Shown: in pieces, positions 1 to 10,821 of the stretch
Position numbering within the stretch: the stretch's first letter is position 1
How the letters are laid out: each line of letters opens with the position of its first letter
From: Clostridia bacterium
Lineage (GTDB): Bacteria; Bacillota; Clostridia; UMGS1883; UMGS1540
Assembly: GCA_045648645.1 (NCBI GenBank)
Contig: JAZROH010000116.1
Span: 3,014-67,013, forward strand
Direction: 5' to 3'
Length of the DNA stretch: 64,000 nucleotides
The notes under the pieces: model-generated
The model's database searches: none
Seen by the model: the letters and a program-made list of their open reading frames with translations, nothing else
What the model was told of the DNA's origin: nothing
Translations under genes and position numbers: made by a program

Positions 1-38
1 TTGGCGCGTGCTATGGATGGCAGGAGAGAAATCACGTT

Positions 39-1385
39 ATGAACTATATTACAGAAGTTAAACGTCTTGTACAAAATAAAAAAGCGTATGTCCGTACTTT
101 TGGCTGTCAATTAAATGAAAACGATAGTGAAAAACTTTTAGGGATGCTATCGGAGATGGGATACAGCATAACGGAATGCCCGGAAGAAGCGGATTTTGCC
201 CTTTTAAATACATGCGCCATTCGAGAAAATGCGGAAAAGAAAACCTTTGGCGCACTTGGTGTTTTTAAGCATTATAAAGAAAAAAATCCAGGACTTGTTG
301 TTGCAATGAGCGGCTGCATGACCGGAGAAGCACACGTAATTGAAAGTCTTGCTAAAACATATAAACATGTAGATATTGTTTTTGGAGCCAACAATATTCA
401 GGCTCTGCCACGCCTGTTATTTCAGCATTTGACGGAAAACAGGCGTGTTTTTGATACAGAATATGATGCAAATATACTACCCGAGAATCTGCCGACCATG
501 CGAAAATTTTCTTTCAAAGCAGGTGTGCCTGTTATGTACGGGTGCAATAATTTTTGTACATATTGTATTGTTCCGTATGTGCGAGGCAGAGAACGGAGTC
601 GTGAAGTTGCAGATATAATAAAAGAGGTTACCGTACTTCGCGAGAATGGCTGTAAAGAAGTGATGCTACTGGGGCAGAATGTGAATTCATATCGCGGCGG
701 CGGAGAAGAGTTTGCCCGTCTTTTGGAAAAGGTCAGTGATACAGGCATAGAACGTATTCGATTTATGACATCGCATCCAAAAGATTTAAATCCCGCAGTA
801 CTTAAGGTTATGGCGGAGAGAGAGAATATATGCAAATGTTTGCATTTGCCTGTGCAATCCGGAAATAACAGGGTGCTTGCAAGCATGAATCGCAGATACA
901 CAAGAGAAAAATATCTTTCAATTGTAAATCTTGCGCGAGAATATATGCCTGATATAGCTATTACAACGGATATTATTGTTGGTTTTCCGGGTGAAACGAC
1001 GACTGAATTTGAGGATACAATTTCTTTGCTTAAAGAAGTTCGTTATGATGCTATTTTTTCTTTCATTTTTTCACCCAGAAAAGGAACGCCAGCTGAAAAA
1101 ATGGAAGAAGTAATAAGCGAAGAAGAAAAGAAAATGAATTTCGAGCGTCTTTTAGAAGTGCAAAATCTTATTTCCGCTGAGAAAAACGAGCTGTTATTGG
1201 GAAAAGAGATGCGCGTTTTGTGTGAAGGGGTAAGCAAGACGGACGAAAAAATGATGACAGGTCGCACGGAGGGCGGAAAAATTGTAAACTTTAAGGGCGA
1301 ACCGTTTCAATACGGACAGTTTGTTGATGTGAAAATTACAGAAACAAAAACCTGGAATTTGCAAGGAGAAGCGATATGTCGCTAA
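39..1385 (+). CDS. miaB: tRNA-i6A37 methylthiotransferase (MiaB-type radical SAM MTTase)
   Basis: 448 aa; N-terminal MTTase domain (YVRTFGCQLNENDSE). Radical-SAM CxxxCxxC (CNNFCTYCIVPYVRGRERSR). C-terminal TRAM-like region. Confidence 0.85.
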   Translation: MNYITEVKRLVQNKKAYVRTFGCQLNENDSEKLLGMLSEMGYSITECPEEADFALLNTCAIRENAEKKTFGALGVFKHYKEKNPGLVVAMSGCMTGEAHVIESLAKTYKHVDIVFGANNIQALPRLLFQHLTENRRVFDTEYDANILPENLPTMRKFSFKAGVPVMYGCNNFCTYCIVPYVRGRERSREVADIIKEVTVLRENGCKEVMLLGQNVNSYRGGGEEFARLLEKVSDTGIERIRFMTSHPKDLNPAVLKVMAERENICKCLHLPVQSGNNRVLASMNRRYTREKYLSIVNLAREYMPDIAITTDIIVGFPGETTTEFEDTISLLKEVRYDAIFSFIFSPRKGTPAEKMEEVISEEEKKMNFERLLEVQNLISAEKNELLLGKEMRVLCEGVSKTDEKMMTGRTEGGKIVNFKGEPFQYGQFVDVKITETKTWNLQGEAICR

Positions 1386-4300
1386 GGCTTATATACGGAA
1401 AAATCGGTAGCGGAAAAACGAGCTTTTGTATAAAAGAAGCGCTGGAAAGCGGGAAACATATTTATTTTATAACTCCGGAACAATTCACTTTTACGGCTGA
1501 AAAGCGCATTTGCGAACTTGTGAATGTGCACGGTCTTGGCGGCGTGGAAGTATTAAGCCTTAAAAGACTTGCATCTCGTTTTTTGTCGGAAGTGGAAGGG
1601 GCAGCTTTACCACGTCTGGATAGCCGAACAAAAACAATTTTATTACATAAAATAATAGTAGATAATGCTTCAAAATTGACAGTTCTAAAAGGTCTTTCTA
1701 AAGAACAGGGTGTAGCTTCAACGCTCGGTAAGCTTTTCAGCGAAATGAAACGATATAATATAACGGCAGAAGCACTTCGGGAAGCGGCAACAAAGCTTGT
1801 ACATATTGAAAAGAAACTTTTTGATATTGCGCTGCTTTTTGAGGCGTATGAAAAGACTGTCAAGCAAAAGTTTATGGATCGAGATGACGACCTTTTTCGT
1901 TTTGCTCATCTTTTGCAAGACGGTGATATGTTTTGTGATTCTGAAATATATCTAGACAAGTTTGACGGTTTTGATGCTTCAGAATATGCAGTTATAGAAG
2001 CACTTTTGAAAAAAGGTATACGCATTACTGTAACGATGTGTTTTCATCCCGAAGATGAAACGCTTTCGGCTTTTGCCCTCCATTCACAAATGAAAAAACG
2101 GCTTCTGGCAATTGCAAGTGCAAGTGGCGCCAATGTGGAAACGCCTGTTATATTGGAACGCGTACGTCCTGCAAGCCAGGAACTTCTGTTTTTAGAAGAT
2201 GCTTATTTTAAATATCCTTCTTCTGTCTATGGGGATAAACCCGAATGTCTTTCTCTCGTATGTGCAGAAAATCCTCTTGGAGAGATTCATAATGTGGCTC
2301 GAAAAATTCTTTATCTTTGTCGGGAAAAAGGCTATCTTTATCGAGATATTGCAATAACAGCCAGAAATACCGACCTGTATGCAAGATATATTGAAGCGGT
2401 ATTGCCCTCATACGGAATCCCTTTCTTCATGGATCGAACTATTAATATTTTAGAGCATCCTTTCACTGTATTTGTTCTTTCGGCATTAGAGATACTTACA
2501 AAAGGATTTACGTATGAAACAATGTTTCGGTATATAAAATCCGGTTTTCTTCGCATACAGGATGAGGCTGTTGATGCTTTAGAAAATTATGTTCTTGCTA
2601 CCGGAATTCGTGGCGAAATTTGGAAAAACGAGGAGAAGTGGAACGTTCGTGCATCCATGTATGCCACACAGGAAACAGAAGAAACTGCGTTTTTGCATCT
2701 TGCTGATAAAACCAGAAGACAGATTGTTGCACCGCTATTACGTCTCGAAGATAGATTGAAAGCAGGAAAGACAGCGGCAGATAAATGCGAAGCTTTGTAT
2801 TCTTTTTTGGAGGAAATGAAGGCTTCGCGCCGCATTTCGGCTTTAGCCCGCTTGTTTGAAAAAAACGGAGATTTTGTTACAGCCGCAGAGTATCGCGGTG
2901 TATATAATGATTTGATTGATGCTCTGGATGGCGTGTGCGATGCGTTTGGAGAAGAGAATATTAGCATATCTAGGCTCCTAAACGTACTTCGTACGGCACT
3001 TGGAGAAGTTGAAACAGGTGTTATACCTGCAGCACAGGACGGTGTTTCTGTCGGTAGTATAAACAGAATAAAAGGTTATGCTGTAAAAGCTTTATTTGTT
3101 ATTGGTACGCAGGATGGCGTTTTCCCCGCACCACCTGAAAAAAGCGGGATTTTAACCGATATGGAGCGTAGCGCGCTTTCTGATTTCGGTATGGAACTGG
3201 CAAGCAGCGAACATCAATCACTTTTTGAAGAAGAGCATTTAATTTATAAATGCCTTTCAATTCCTTCTGCTTTTTTAGAGTTTAGTTATCCTGCGGCAAG
3301 TATGGAGGGGAATACGCAAAGACCATCACGCATTTATCAAAGAGTATTGCAGCTTTTTCCAAAGCTATGTGAAAAAAATCTTCTTCTTGGTCTTTCATCG
3401 GTTGAAAAAATTTCCGTTCCCGATATAACACTAAGGCATCTTTTGCATGACCTTAAAAACGAGCGTGCAGATAATGCAATGCTGTCAGCATACGGGTGGT
3501 TTTCTGAAAAGTATCCTGAAAAGCTTCAAGCTGCTTTACAATCACTTCACTATACCAATCAAACGATGCGTCTTTCGAAAGAAACGATGCACGCGTATCT
3601 GGGTAAAGCACTAACCAGCAGTGTATCCCGGCTGGAAAAGCTTGCGGCATGTCCTTTTGCCTATTTTGGCACCTATATATTGGGTGCAAAGGAACGGAAA
3701 ATTATGAAGCCTGCAGCGGCCGATTCCGGTCGGTTTCTGCATGATTTCTTAGATGTATTTTCAAGGCGGCTTCGCGAAAACGGAATGGCTTGGCAAGATG
3801 TGGATGACGCATATATAGAACAAGAATTTTCTGAAATTGTTCCGCTTCTTGACAGGCGCTTGAATACGTATATGCTAGAAAACTCTTCTCGATATGCACA
3901 TCTCTTTGTGCGTCTTAGGAGTGCAGTTCGCCTAGGGATACAGATGCTCGTCAAACACATGAAAAAATGTGCTTTTGAACCGCTTGGATATGAACTCTCT
4001 TTTGGAGAAGGTGGAGATTTAAAACCGCTTACCTTTACTTTGCCGGGTGGCGGCAAGGTTACCTTGTCCGGAAGAATTGACCGCGCAGAAGCCCTTTCGC
4101 TTCCTGAAAAACAAGGGACGCTTGTGCGAATTATTGATTATAAATCCGGTGCAAAAACATTTGAACTCGATGATATATACAGGGGATTAAACCTGCAACT
4201 TGCAGTGTATATTTCGGCACTTTGTACACCCGAAAATGCATTTGTGGTGGGGAAGAACGCTAAACCCGCGGGGATGCTCTATTTTCGCTTAGTTGACCCT

Positions 4301-4717
4301 GTGGTCGAAGCATCACCTTTGGAAAACAATGCAGTTATTGAGAATTTGCGCACGAAAAAATTTAAATTACAAGGGCTTGTACTTAGCGATGAAACGGTAT
4401 TAAAGGAAATGGATAGTGAAATTGGAAAAAGCTCCAATATCCTTCCGGCTCGTATTACATCAACCGGTATAAGTGGAAGTGTGGCAGATGCGAAACAATT
4501 TGAAACTTTATCTGCATTTGTGAAAAAAACAGTACAAAAGCTACTATCCTCTTTGGCGGACGGAAATATAGATATTGCACCGTATCGAAAAACCACAAGT
4601 TCTGCATGTGATTTCTGCAAATTATCTGCCTTTTGTGCACATGACGGTAGCGGTTATCGAAACTTTGAAAAACAGGCCGCCCAAGAAATATGGAACGAAA
4701 TGGAGGCGGAAGCATGA
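1376..4717 (+). CDS. addB: ATP-dependent helicase/nuclease subunit B (AddB/RexB)
   Basis: 1113 aa; N-terminal P-loop GKIGSGKTS. C-terminal nuclease/Fe-S cysteine cluster (CPFAYFG ... CDFCKLSAFCAH). Sits immediately upstream of and overlapping addA, the usual Firmicutes addB-addA order. Confidence 0.85.
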   Translation: MSLRLIYGKIGSGKTSFCIKEALESGKHIYFITPEQFTFTAEKRICELVNVHGLGGVEVLSLKRLASRFLSEVEGAALPRLDSRTKTILLHKIIVDNASKLTVLKGLSKEQGVASTLGKLFSEMKRYNITAEALREAATKLVHIEKKLFDIALLFEAYEKTVKQKFMDRDDDLFRFAHLLQDGDMFCDSEIYLDKFDGFDASEYAVIEALLKKGIRITVTMCFHPEDETLSAFALHSQMKKRLLAIASASGANVETPVILERVRPASQELLFLEDAYFKYPSSVYGDKPECLSLVCAENPLGEIHNVARKILYLCREKGYLYRDIAITARNTDLYARYIEAVLPSYGIPFFMDRTINILEHPFTVFVLSALEILTKGFTYETMFRYIKSGFLRIQDEAVDALENYVLATGIRGEIWKNEEKWNVRASMYATQETEETAFLHLADKTRRQIVAPLLRLEDRLKAGKTAADKCEALYSFLEEMKASRRISALARLFEKNGDFVTAAEYRGVYNDLIDALDGVCDAFGEENISISRLLNVLRTALGEVETGVIPAAQDGVSVGSINRIKGYAVKALFVIGTQDGVFPAPPEKSGILTDMERSALSDFGMELASSEHQSLFEEEHLIYKCLSIPSAFLEFSYPAASMEGNTQRPSRIYQRVLQLFPKLCEKNLLLGLSSVEKISVPDITLRHLLHDLKNERADNAMLSAYGWFSEKYPEKLQAALQSLHYTNQTMRLSKETMHAYLGKALTSSVSRLEKLAACPFAYFGTYILGAKERKIMKPAAADSGRFLHDFLDVFSRRLRENGMAWQDVDDAYIEQEFSEIVPLLDRRLNTYMLENSSRYAHLFVRLRSAVRLGIQMLVKHMKKCAFEPLGYELSFGEGGDLKPLTFTLPGGGKVTLSGRIDRAEALSLPEKQGTLVRIIDYKSGAKTFELDDIYRGLNLQLAVYISALCTPENAFVVGKNAKPAGMLYFRLVDPVVEASPLENNAVIENLRTKKFKLQGLVLSDETVLKEMDSEIGKSSNILPARITSTGISGSVADAKQFETLSAFVKKTVQKLLSSLADGNIDIAPYRKTTSSACDFCKLSAFCAHDGSGYRNFEKQAAQEIWNEMEAEA

Positions 4718-7700
4718 ATGTACAATGGACCAAAGAGCAAGAAAAAGCAGTGTATGGGGAAAAGGCAAACTGTCTTGTTTCCGCAGCTGCTGGAAGTGGC
4801 AAAACACAAGTACTAACCGGAAGAATTTTGCACCGAATCATGCATGATAAAATTGATATTCATCGTATATTAGTAGTGACCTTTACGAATGCTGCGGCTT
4901 CAGAAATGCGCGAGCGTATTGCGAAAAGTCTTGCGGATGCGCTTGCAGAATCTCCGAAGGATGAACATTTACAACGGCAAATTTCCCTTTTGGGCTCAGC
5001 TTCCATTACAACGATGGATGCGTTTTGTTTGCAGCTTCTCCGCACGTATTTTGTTGAAGCCGGTGTGGATGCAGGCTTTCGTGTTGCAGATGCAACAGAA
5101 GCAAATTTATTGCGCACCGAAGCGGCACAACTGGCGCTGGAGGAAATGTATCGCAGAGAAGATGCGGAATTTTTGGAATTTGCATCTTGCTACAGCAGTA
5201 TGCGCGATGATAGTGTTTTATGTGATACCGTCATTTCGTTATATAGTTTTGCAGAGAGTATGCCTGACCCTTCGGCATGGCTTTCAGAGAAAGCAGTAAT
5301 GTATGATTTGCCAGACGGTACTGCTTTTGAAAACAGTCCCTTTGCGCTGGCAATACAAGAGGGTGTATTGCAAGAAATCCAAAGTGCGGCAAAACGCTGT
5401 GAAGAGGCAGCTATCAATTTTTCGGAAGCATCCAGCTATGTTGAAGTATTTGAAAAAGATAGGATTGCCCTTTTATCCCTCTGCGACCATTCCGCGACTT
5501 GGGACGGGCTTTTAGATGCGATTGATATGTTTTCATGGGCAAGAAGGCAAAAAGAAACAAACTTAGATTTAGCGCAGGAAGCAGAGTCAGTTCGAAAAGA
5601 CATTAAAAAACAGGTCGAGGATGCTTTTTTGCGCATTGCTTTAACAGCCGAAGACTCTGCGAAAATAATGCGAAATGCCGCGTCGCATGTTCGCGCACTT
5701 TGTGCATTTACCGAATTGTTTGCGGATATATACAGAGAGAAGAAACGAGATAAAAATATCCTGGATTATAGCGACCTTGAGCATTTTGCAATTCGACTTT
5801 TATCTGTAGAAACAGCAGACGGGGATAAACCATCAGAAATTGCATGTTCTCTTCGAGAAAAATTTGATGAAATTTATATTGATGAATATCAAGACAGCAA
5901 CGATGTACAGGAAAAACTTTTCATGCTTATATCCGGAGAAAGTATTGGGGAACCGAATATGTTTATGGTTGGGGACATGAAACAAAGCATATACGGTTTT
6001 CGAAAGACGAGCCCTGAACTCTTTATTCGTAAAAGCGAAACATATAAGGATACAGGTCCTAACCGTCGTGTTACGCTTTCGCAGAATTTTAGAAGCCGAC
6101 CGGAAATACTTTCTTTTGTTAATACAATTTTCAAAAAAATAATGTCGCGTGAAATCGGTGGAATTTCTTATACAGAAAATGAAATGCTTTATCCCGGTGC
6201 AGAATATCCTAAAACAGATGAAAACCTTATTTCGTTTGCAATTGCGGATACAGATGGAAACGCGGCGAAGCGTCTGGAAGCAGAGGCGTTTGTAATCGCG
6301 AATGAAATAAAAAAAGCACTATCTACGGATGTTTATGATATGAGAAGCAAAGCCTATCGCAAGGCGCGATTTGGTGATATTGCAGTTATTATGCGTTCTG
6401 CGCGAGATATGGCATTGCCGCTTCAGGAAGCATGTGCCGCACTGAATATTCCACTTTACTGTGACATGGGCGGCGGTTATTTTGACACAATAGAGATTTC
6501 TGTTTTTTTATCTCTTTTACGAACACTTGATAATCCGCAGGATGATATCCCGCTCTTGGCTTCTATGCGTGCGCCGTTTTTTGCCTTTACCGAAGAGGAG
6601 CTTGCACAAATACGGCTTTGCGACAGAAAGAGTTTATTTTACTTTGCTGTAGTAAAAACTGCAGAGGAAAAAACAGCACTTGGTAAGAAGTGCGCAGCGT
6701 TTCTGAAAAAGATAAAAAAATGGAGAAGACAAGCTGCATTTTTACCGACAGACACTTTGATTTTACGCCTTTTTGAAGAAACAGGCTATCTGCTTTTTGT
6801 AAGCGGAACAGAAGGCGGTGAAGTGAAACGGGCAAATCTCGAACTTTTATTTGAGAAAGCGCATCAATTTGAAAAAACATCCTTTCGCGGCTTGTTTCAT
6901 TTTTTGCAGTACATTGAAAGAATTTCCACTCGTGGAGAGGATTTTGGGGAGGCTAAACTTATCAGCGAAGGTGAAAATGTTGTTCGCCTTATGAGCATAC
7001 ATAAAAGCAAAGGCTTGCAGTTCCCGATTGTCATTTTAGCTGGAACTGAACGTAGATTCAATCGAAAATCAGTACAAGGGCCATTTCTTTTCCATAAAGA
7101 TTTGGGTATAGGCATATCCCATATTGAACCCAAAAGAAGAATACGATATGAAACACCTGCCCGCGCCGCAATTGCTTTGCAAAAGCATAGGGAAGAGATG
7201 GGAGAGGAACTTCGCGTTTTATATGTGGCGTTGACGCGTGCTAAAGAACGATTGATTATTGCAGCGGCATTAGATGCTAAAACCTTAGAAAAAAATAATA
7301 CATCGTCACTTTCGGCAGCAGATGTACTTCATGCAGAAAATTTTTTAGCCCTTTTAATCGGAACAACACAAAGGGATGGTAACATTCCGGTAATAATTTA
7401 TAATCAATTTGAAAAAGCAGATTCGGTTAAAAGTTTTAACAAATTACCAAAACCTATAGAACCAAGTGATGAGATACGAGGGATTTTAGAGTATCGATAT
7501 CCCTTTCCGGATTTACAAAAAATTCCGTCTAAAATCTCAGTGACGGAATATAAAAGACTGAAAGAAGAAGGCGATGAAATATCCCTTCCGCTTTATAAAA
7601 AAACGGAACTGAAAAAACCGCGTTTCCGTTCTTTGGAAGGAAACATTCATGGTGCAAGTCTTGGAACTCTCATGCATTTTATTATGCAAAAGCTTCCATA

Positions 7701-8157
7701 CCAAACGGTCAGGACGCGTGATGAAATCAAAGCCTTTGTGGAGAGCCTTGCAAATAAGCAAATTATATCGGAGGAACAGGCGGCAGCTGTTGACATAGAA
7801 AAACTTTTTATGTTTTGGGACGGAGAAATGGGGCATCGAATTCGAGGGGCAGAGAAAGTATACCGAGAAACACCCTTTACACAAACCGTGCCCGCATCAC
7901 TCCTTACCGGAGATAGTGCGCATAAAGACCAAAAAATTGTTATTCAGGGAATAATTGACTGTTTCTTCTTTGAAAAAAATGGCATTGTTCTTTTGGACTA
8001 TAAAACGGATGCGCTGTGCCCCGAAAATGTAATGATAAAACGCTATAAAACACAGCTTGATTGCTATGCTATGGCACTCGGTCAAAAATATTTTTCAGAA
8101 ATTTCGCAAAAAGTTATTTACTTATTTGCAAATAATGGTATAATAGTAGTAAATTAA
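4714..8157 (+). CDS. addA: ATP-dependent helicase/nuclease subunit A (AddA, UvrD-like SF1 helicase with C-terminal RecB nuclease)
   Basis: UvrD-type motif I AAAGSGKTQVLTGRI. Start ATG at 4714 overlaps the addB stop (ATGA) and has GGAGG 7 nt upstream; the ORF track's alternative start is 4690. Length ~1150 aa is typical for AddA. Confidence 0.85.
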   Translation: MNVQWTKEQEKAVYGEKANCLVSAAAGSGKTQVLTGRILHRIMHDKIDIHRILVVTFTNAAASEMRERIAKSLADALAESPKDEHLQRQISLLGSASITTMDAFCLQLLRTYFVEAGVDAGFRVADATEANLLRTEAAQLALEEMYRREDAEFLEFASCYSSMRDDSVLCDTVISLYSFAESMPDPSAWLSEKAVMYDLPDGTAFENSPFALAIQEGVLQEIQSAAKRCEEAAINFSEASSYVEVFEKDRIALLSLCDHSATWDGLLDAIDMFSWARRQKETNLDLAQEAESVRKDIKKQVEDAFLRIALTAEDSAKIMRNAASHVRALCAFTELFADIYREKKRDKNILDYSDLEHFAIRLLSVETADGDKPSEIACSLREKFDEIYIDEYQDSNDVQEKLFMLISGESIGEPNMFMVGDMKQSIYGFRKTSPELFIRKSETYKDTGPNRRVTLSQNFRSRPEILSFVNTIFKKIMSREIGGISYTENEMLYPGAEYPKTDENLISFAIADTDGNAAKRLEAEAFVIANEIKKALSTDVYDMRSKAYRKARFGDIAVIMRSARDMALPLQEACAALNIPLYCDMGGGYFDTIEISVFLSLLRTLDNPQDDIPLLASMRAPFFAFTEEELAQIRLCDRKSLFYFAVVKTAEEKTALGKKCAAFLKKIKKWRRQAAFLPTDTLILRLFEETGYLLFVSGTEGGEVKRANLELLFEKAHQFEKTSFRGLFHFLQYIERISTRGEDFGEAKLISEGENVVRLMSIHKSKGLQFPIVILAGTERRFNRKSVQGPFLFHKDLGIGISHIEPKRRIRYETPARAAIALQKHREEMGEELRVLYVALTRAKERLIIAAALDAKTLEKNNTSSLSAADVLHAENFLALLIGTTQRDGNIPVIIYNQFEKADSVKSFNKLPKPIEPSDEIRGILEYRYPFPDLQKIPSKISVTEYKRLKEEGDEISLPLYKKTELKKPRFRSLEGNIHGASLGTLMHFIMQKLPYQTVRTRDEIKAFVESLANKQIISEEQAAAVDIEKLFMFWDGEMGHRIRGAEKVYRETPFTQTVPASLLTGDSAHKDQKIVIQGIIDCFFFEKNGIVLLDYKTDALCPENVMIKRYKTQLDCYAMALGQKYFSEISQKVIYLFANNGIIVVN

Positions 8158-8185
8158 AATAATTGAAGGGAAGGTATTTTTACAT

Positions 8186-8740
8186 ATGGAGAAAAAAAGA
8201 CGCACCTATAGCGCTAAAAAAGAACAGGCAAACGGGAATAAGATTTTAGCGGTTATGGGCACAATTGTTGGTTTGATTTTAATATTTTTCATTGCCTTTT
8301 TAATTTCACTTAATTTGTTTAATAGTTCCGGCGATACGCCTGAGGAAAGCATGACACCGCCGCCCTCGATTTCGGATGCTTCGCCCACACCAACGCCGGT
8401 TGATGGTTCTCCTTCTCCCACACCTGTGGATACGGAAGAACCGGAAGAGGATGAGGAAGAAGAGGAAAGACCCACGCAAACTTCTCGTCCCACAGAGCGA
8501 CCGGAGGAAACACGTCGGCCGACTTCGACAGAACGTCCGTCTTCGACATCTCGCCCCACACAAACCAGCAGACCTACGGAAACGACTCACCCGACTTCAA
8601 CACCCACCAGAACGATAGCGCCTACTGAAGCACCTTCTACACCTAAACCCACTGAGGCACCGCAGACTTCTGCACCGACTAAAACGCCACAGCCGACTGT
8701 TTATGTAGATCCCGATAAGGTTTCTGATACAGGTCTATAA
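8186..8740 (+). CDS. Single-pass membrane protein with acidic and Pro/Thr-rich low-complexity extracellular tail
   Basis: Basic N-terminus and one hydrophobic helix (ILAVMGTIVGLILIFFIAFLISL). Then an EEPEEDEEEEE acidic patch and tandem RPT(Q/E)TSRPTE-like repeats. No recognisable catalytic motif. Confidence 0.5.
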   Translation: MEKKRRTYSAKKEQANGNKILAVMGTIVGLILIFFIAFLISLNLFNSSGDTPEESMTPPPSISDASPTPTPVDGSPSPTPVDTEEPEEDEEEEERPTQTSRPTERPEETRRPTSTERPSSTSRPTQTSRPTETTHPTSTPTRTIAPTEAPSTPKPTEAPQTSAPTKTPQPTVYVDPDKVSDTGL

Positions 8741-8800
8741 TACAAAGTGTTAAAAGTATTGAATATAAATTTATCGCCCATGCGGCAGATTGGAGACAAT

Positions 8801-9505
8801 ATGGAAAAACAGTACAAAAGAGTGATGCTGAAAATCAGCGGCGAGGCGCTGGCAGGCGAGAATGGTTTTGGTTTGGATTTTGACACCATTCAGGCAATTG
8901 CAGAAACAATTTCTAAATGCGTAAAAGAAGGTTTTGAAATAGCGCTTGTTGTAGGCGGCGGCAATTTCTGGCGTGGCAGAAGCGGAAAGAAGATGGATCG
9001 GACACGTGCCGATCACATGGGAATGCTTGCAACGGTTATCAATGCGCTTGCACTGCAGGATTCTCTGGGCGCAGTTGGTGTTGATACACGCGTGCAGACA
9101 GGTATTGAAATGCGTCAAATTGCTGAGCCTTATATCCGTGGCCGTGCAGATAGACATCTTGAAAAAGGGCGTGTTGTGATTTTCGGTTGCGGCACAGGAA
9201 ACCCGTATTTTTCAACAGATACAGCTGCTGCGCTTCGTGCGGCGGAAATTGGAGCTGAAATTATTTTGCTTGCAAAGAAAGTAGATGGTGTATACGATAA
9301 AGATCCGCACATCTACGATGATGCTGTTAAATTTGATAAACTTACTTATATTGACGTTTTAAACCGCGGGCTTGGTGTTATGGATTCTACAGCCACATCG
9401 CTTTGTATGGATAACAAAATTCCAATTCGAGTTTTTGGTTTAGAGGATCCGGAAAATATTCTTCGTGCTATGCGCGGAGAGGACATAGGAACTATTGTTG
9501 AATAA
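8801..9505 (+). CDS. pyrH: UMP kinase
   Basis: [19 protein letters not shown] ... [10 protein letters not shown] are hallmark UMP-kinase motifs. The internal ATG at 8801 is the likely start. The pyrH-frr-uppS-cdsA synteny supports the call. Confidence 0.9.
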   Translation: MEKQYKRVMLKISGEALAGENGFGLDFDTIQAIAETISKCVKEGFEIALVVGGGNFWRGRSGKKMDRTRADHMGMLATVINALALQDSLGAVGVDTRVQTGIEMRQIAEPYIRGRADRHLEKGRVVIFGCGTGNPYFSTDTAAALRAAEIGAEIILLAKKVDGVYDKDPHIYDDAVKFDKLTYIDVLNRGLGVMDSTATSLCMDNKIPIRVFGLEDPENILRAMRGEDIGTIVE

Positions 9506-9521
9506 TTAAGGAGGAATCGAT

Positions 9522-10067
9522 ATGTATAAAGTTTATGAAGACAAAATGGAAAAGGTTATGACATTCTTTAAAGAGGAACTGGGCAGCATTCGCGCGGGAC
9601 GTGCAAGCGCTGCGGTTTTGGATAGAATATCTGTAGAATATTATGGTTCAGAATCTCCAATTAATCAGGTTGCATCCATTACATCACCCGACCCCCATAT
9701 GCTTGTAATACAGCCTTGGGATGCAAGCTTGGTAAAAGAAATTGAAAAAGCTATTTTAAAGAGCGAACTTGGTATTACACCTACAAACGACGGTAAATCT
9801 GTTCGTCTTTCCTTCCCGGCACTTACTGAAGAACGCCGAAAAGAACTTGTGAAATCTGTTTCGAAAAAGGCAGAGGATGCAAAGGTTGGCATTCGGAATG
9901 TGCGCCGTGATGCCATGGATGCCTTTAAAAAGCAGGAGAAAAAGGGTGAAATCACAGAAGATGATATGAAGGGTATCGAGAAGGATGTGCAGAAGCTTAC
10001 AGACCAGTACATTAAACGCGTTGAGGATGAAGCGAAAGCAAAAGAAAAAGAAATTTTAGCAATATGA
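9522..10067 (+). CDS. frr: Ribosome recycling factor
   Basis: 181 aa; RISVEYYGSESPINQVASI is conserved Frr sequence. RBS AGGAGGA precedes the ATG. Confidence 0.9.
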   Translation: MYKVYEDKMEKVMTFFKEELGSIRAGRASAAVLDRISVEYYGSESPINQVASITSPDPHMLVIQPWDASLVKEIEKAILKSELGITPTNDGKSVRLSFPALTEERRKELVKSVSKKAEDAKVGIRNVRRDAMDAFKKQEKKGEITEDDMKGIEKDVQKLTDQYIKRVEDEAKAKEKEILAI

Positions 10068-10792
10068 TGTATTTACGTAAGAAAAAAGTTGACATGACAA
10101 GTTTGCCTCGGCATATTGCCATTATTATGGATGGAAATGGTCGCTGGGCAAAAAAAAGAGGACTCCCACGAAGTGCCGGTCATGTCAAGGGCGCTGATAA
10201 TTTTAGAAGAATTGTACGTTTTTGCGGTGAGATAGGAATTTCCTATCTTACCGTATATGCGTTTTCAACTGAGAATTGGACGCGTCCAAAAGAAGAGGTT
10301 GACGCGCTTATGCGTCTTTTGGCTGAATATCTTGAAAGAGCATATAAAGAACTGGATGAAAGAGTGCGTGTTCGCATTATAGGCGAGCGAGAAATGCTTT
10401 CTCCCGAGCTTCTTGAAAAAGTAGAAGCTTTGGAAGCGTATACGGAAGATCGTACAGGAATGGTTTTGAATATAGCGCTTAGTTATGGAGGCCGACAGGA
10501 GATACTTCATGCCGCTCGCGTATGCGCTAAAAAAGTTGAGAGTGGAGAAATGAAAGCGGATGATGTAACGCTTGAAACTCTTGGAGAAGCTTTATATACA
10601 GGCGATCAACCCGATCCGGATTTGATAATTCGTCCGAGTGGAGAAAAGCGTATTAGTAATTTTCTTCTGTGGCAATCGGCATATGCTGAGTTTTGGTATT
10701 CCAATGTGCTTTGGCCGTCCTTTAAACCTGCACATTTGATGGATGCCATATCTGAATTTCAGGGTAGAAACAGACGCTTTGGCGGTGTTTGA
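10064..10792 (+). CDS. uppS: Undecaprenyl-diphosphate synthase (cis-isoprenyl transferase)
   Basis: HIAIIMDGNGRWAKKRGLPRSAGH and FSTENWTRP motifs; C-terminal RFGG. Confidence 0.9.
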   Translation: MMYLRKKKVDMTSLPRHIAIIMDGNGRWAKKRGLPRSAGHVKGADNFRRIVRFCGEIGISYLTVYAFSTENWTRPKEEVDALMRLLAEYLERAYKELDERVRVRIIGEREMLSPELLEKVEALEAYTEDRTGMVLNIALSYGGRQEILHAARVCAKKVESGEMKADDVTLETLGEALYTGDQPDPDLIIRPSGEKRISNFLLWQSAYAEFWYSNVLWPSFKPAHLMDAISEFQGRNRRFGGV

Positions 10793-10821
10793 TTTCTTAA
10801 GTATTAAGCGCAATTAAAGGA

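Noticed and set aside
4575-5299. Small plus/minus ORFs overlapping the addB end and addA start (4575-4847, 4889-5299, 4860-5117)
   Set aside because: They are out-of-frame overlaps within strongly supported addB/addA coding sequence, with no independent signals.
8206-8618. Four overlapping ORFs (three minus, one plus) across the PT-repeat region
   Set aside because: They are artefacts of low-complexity repeat DNA. The translations are poly-Ser/Gly/Arg with no start context. The sense ORF has a coherent TM-plus-tail architecture.
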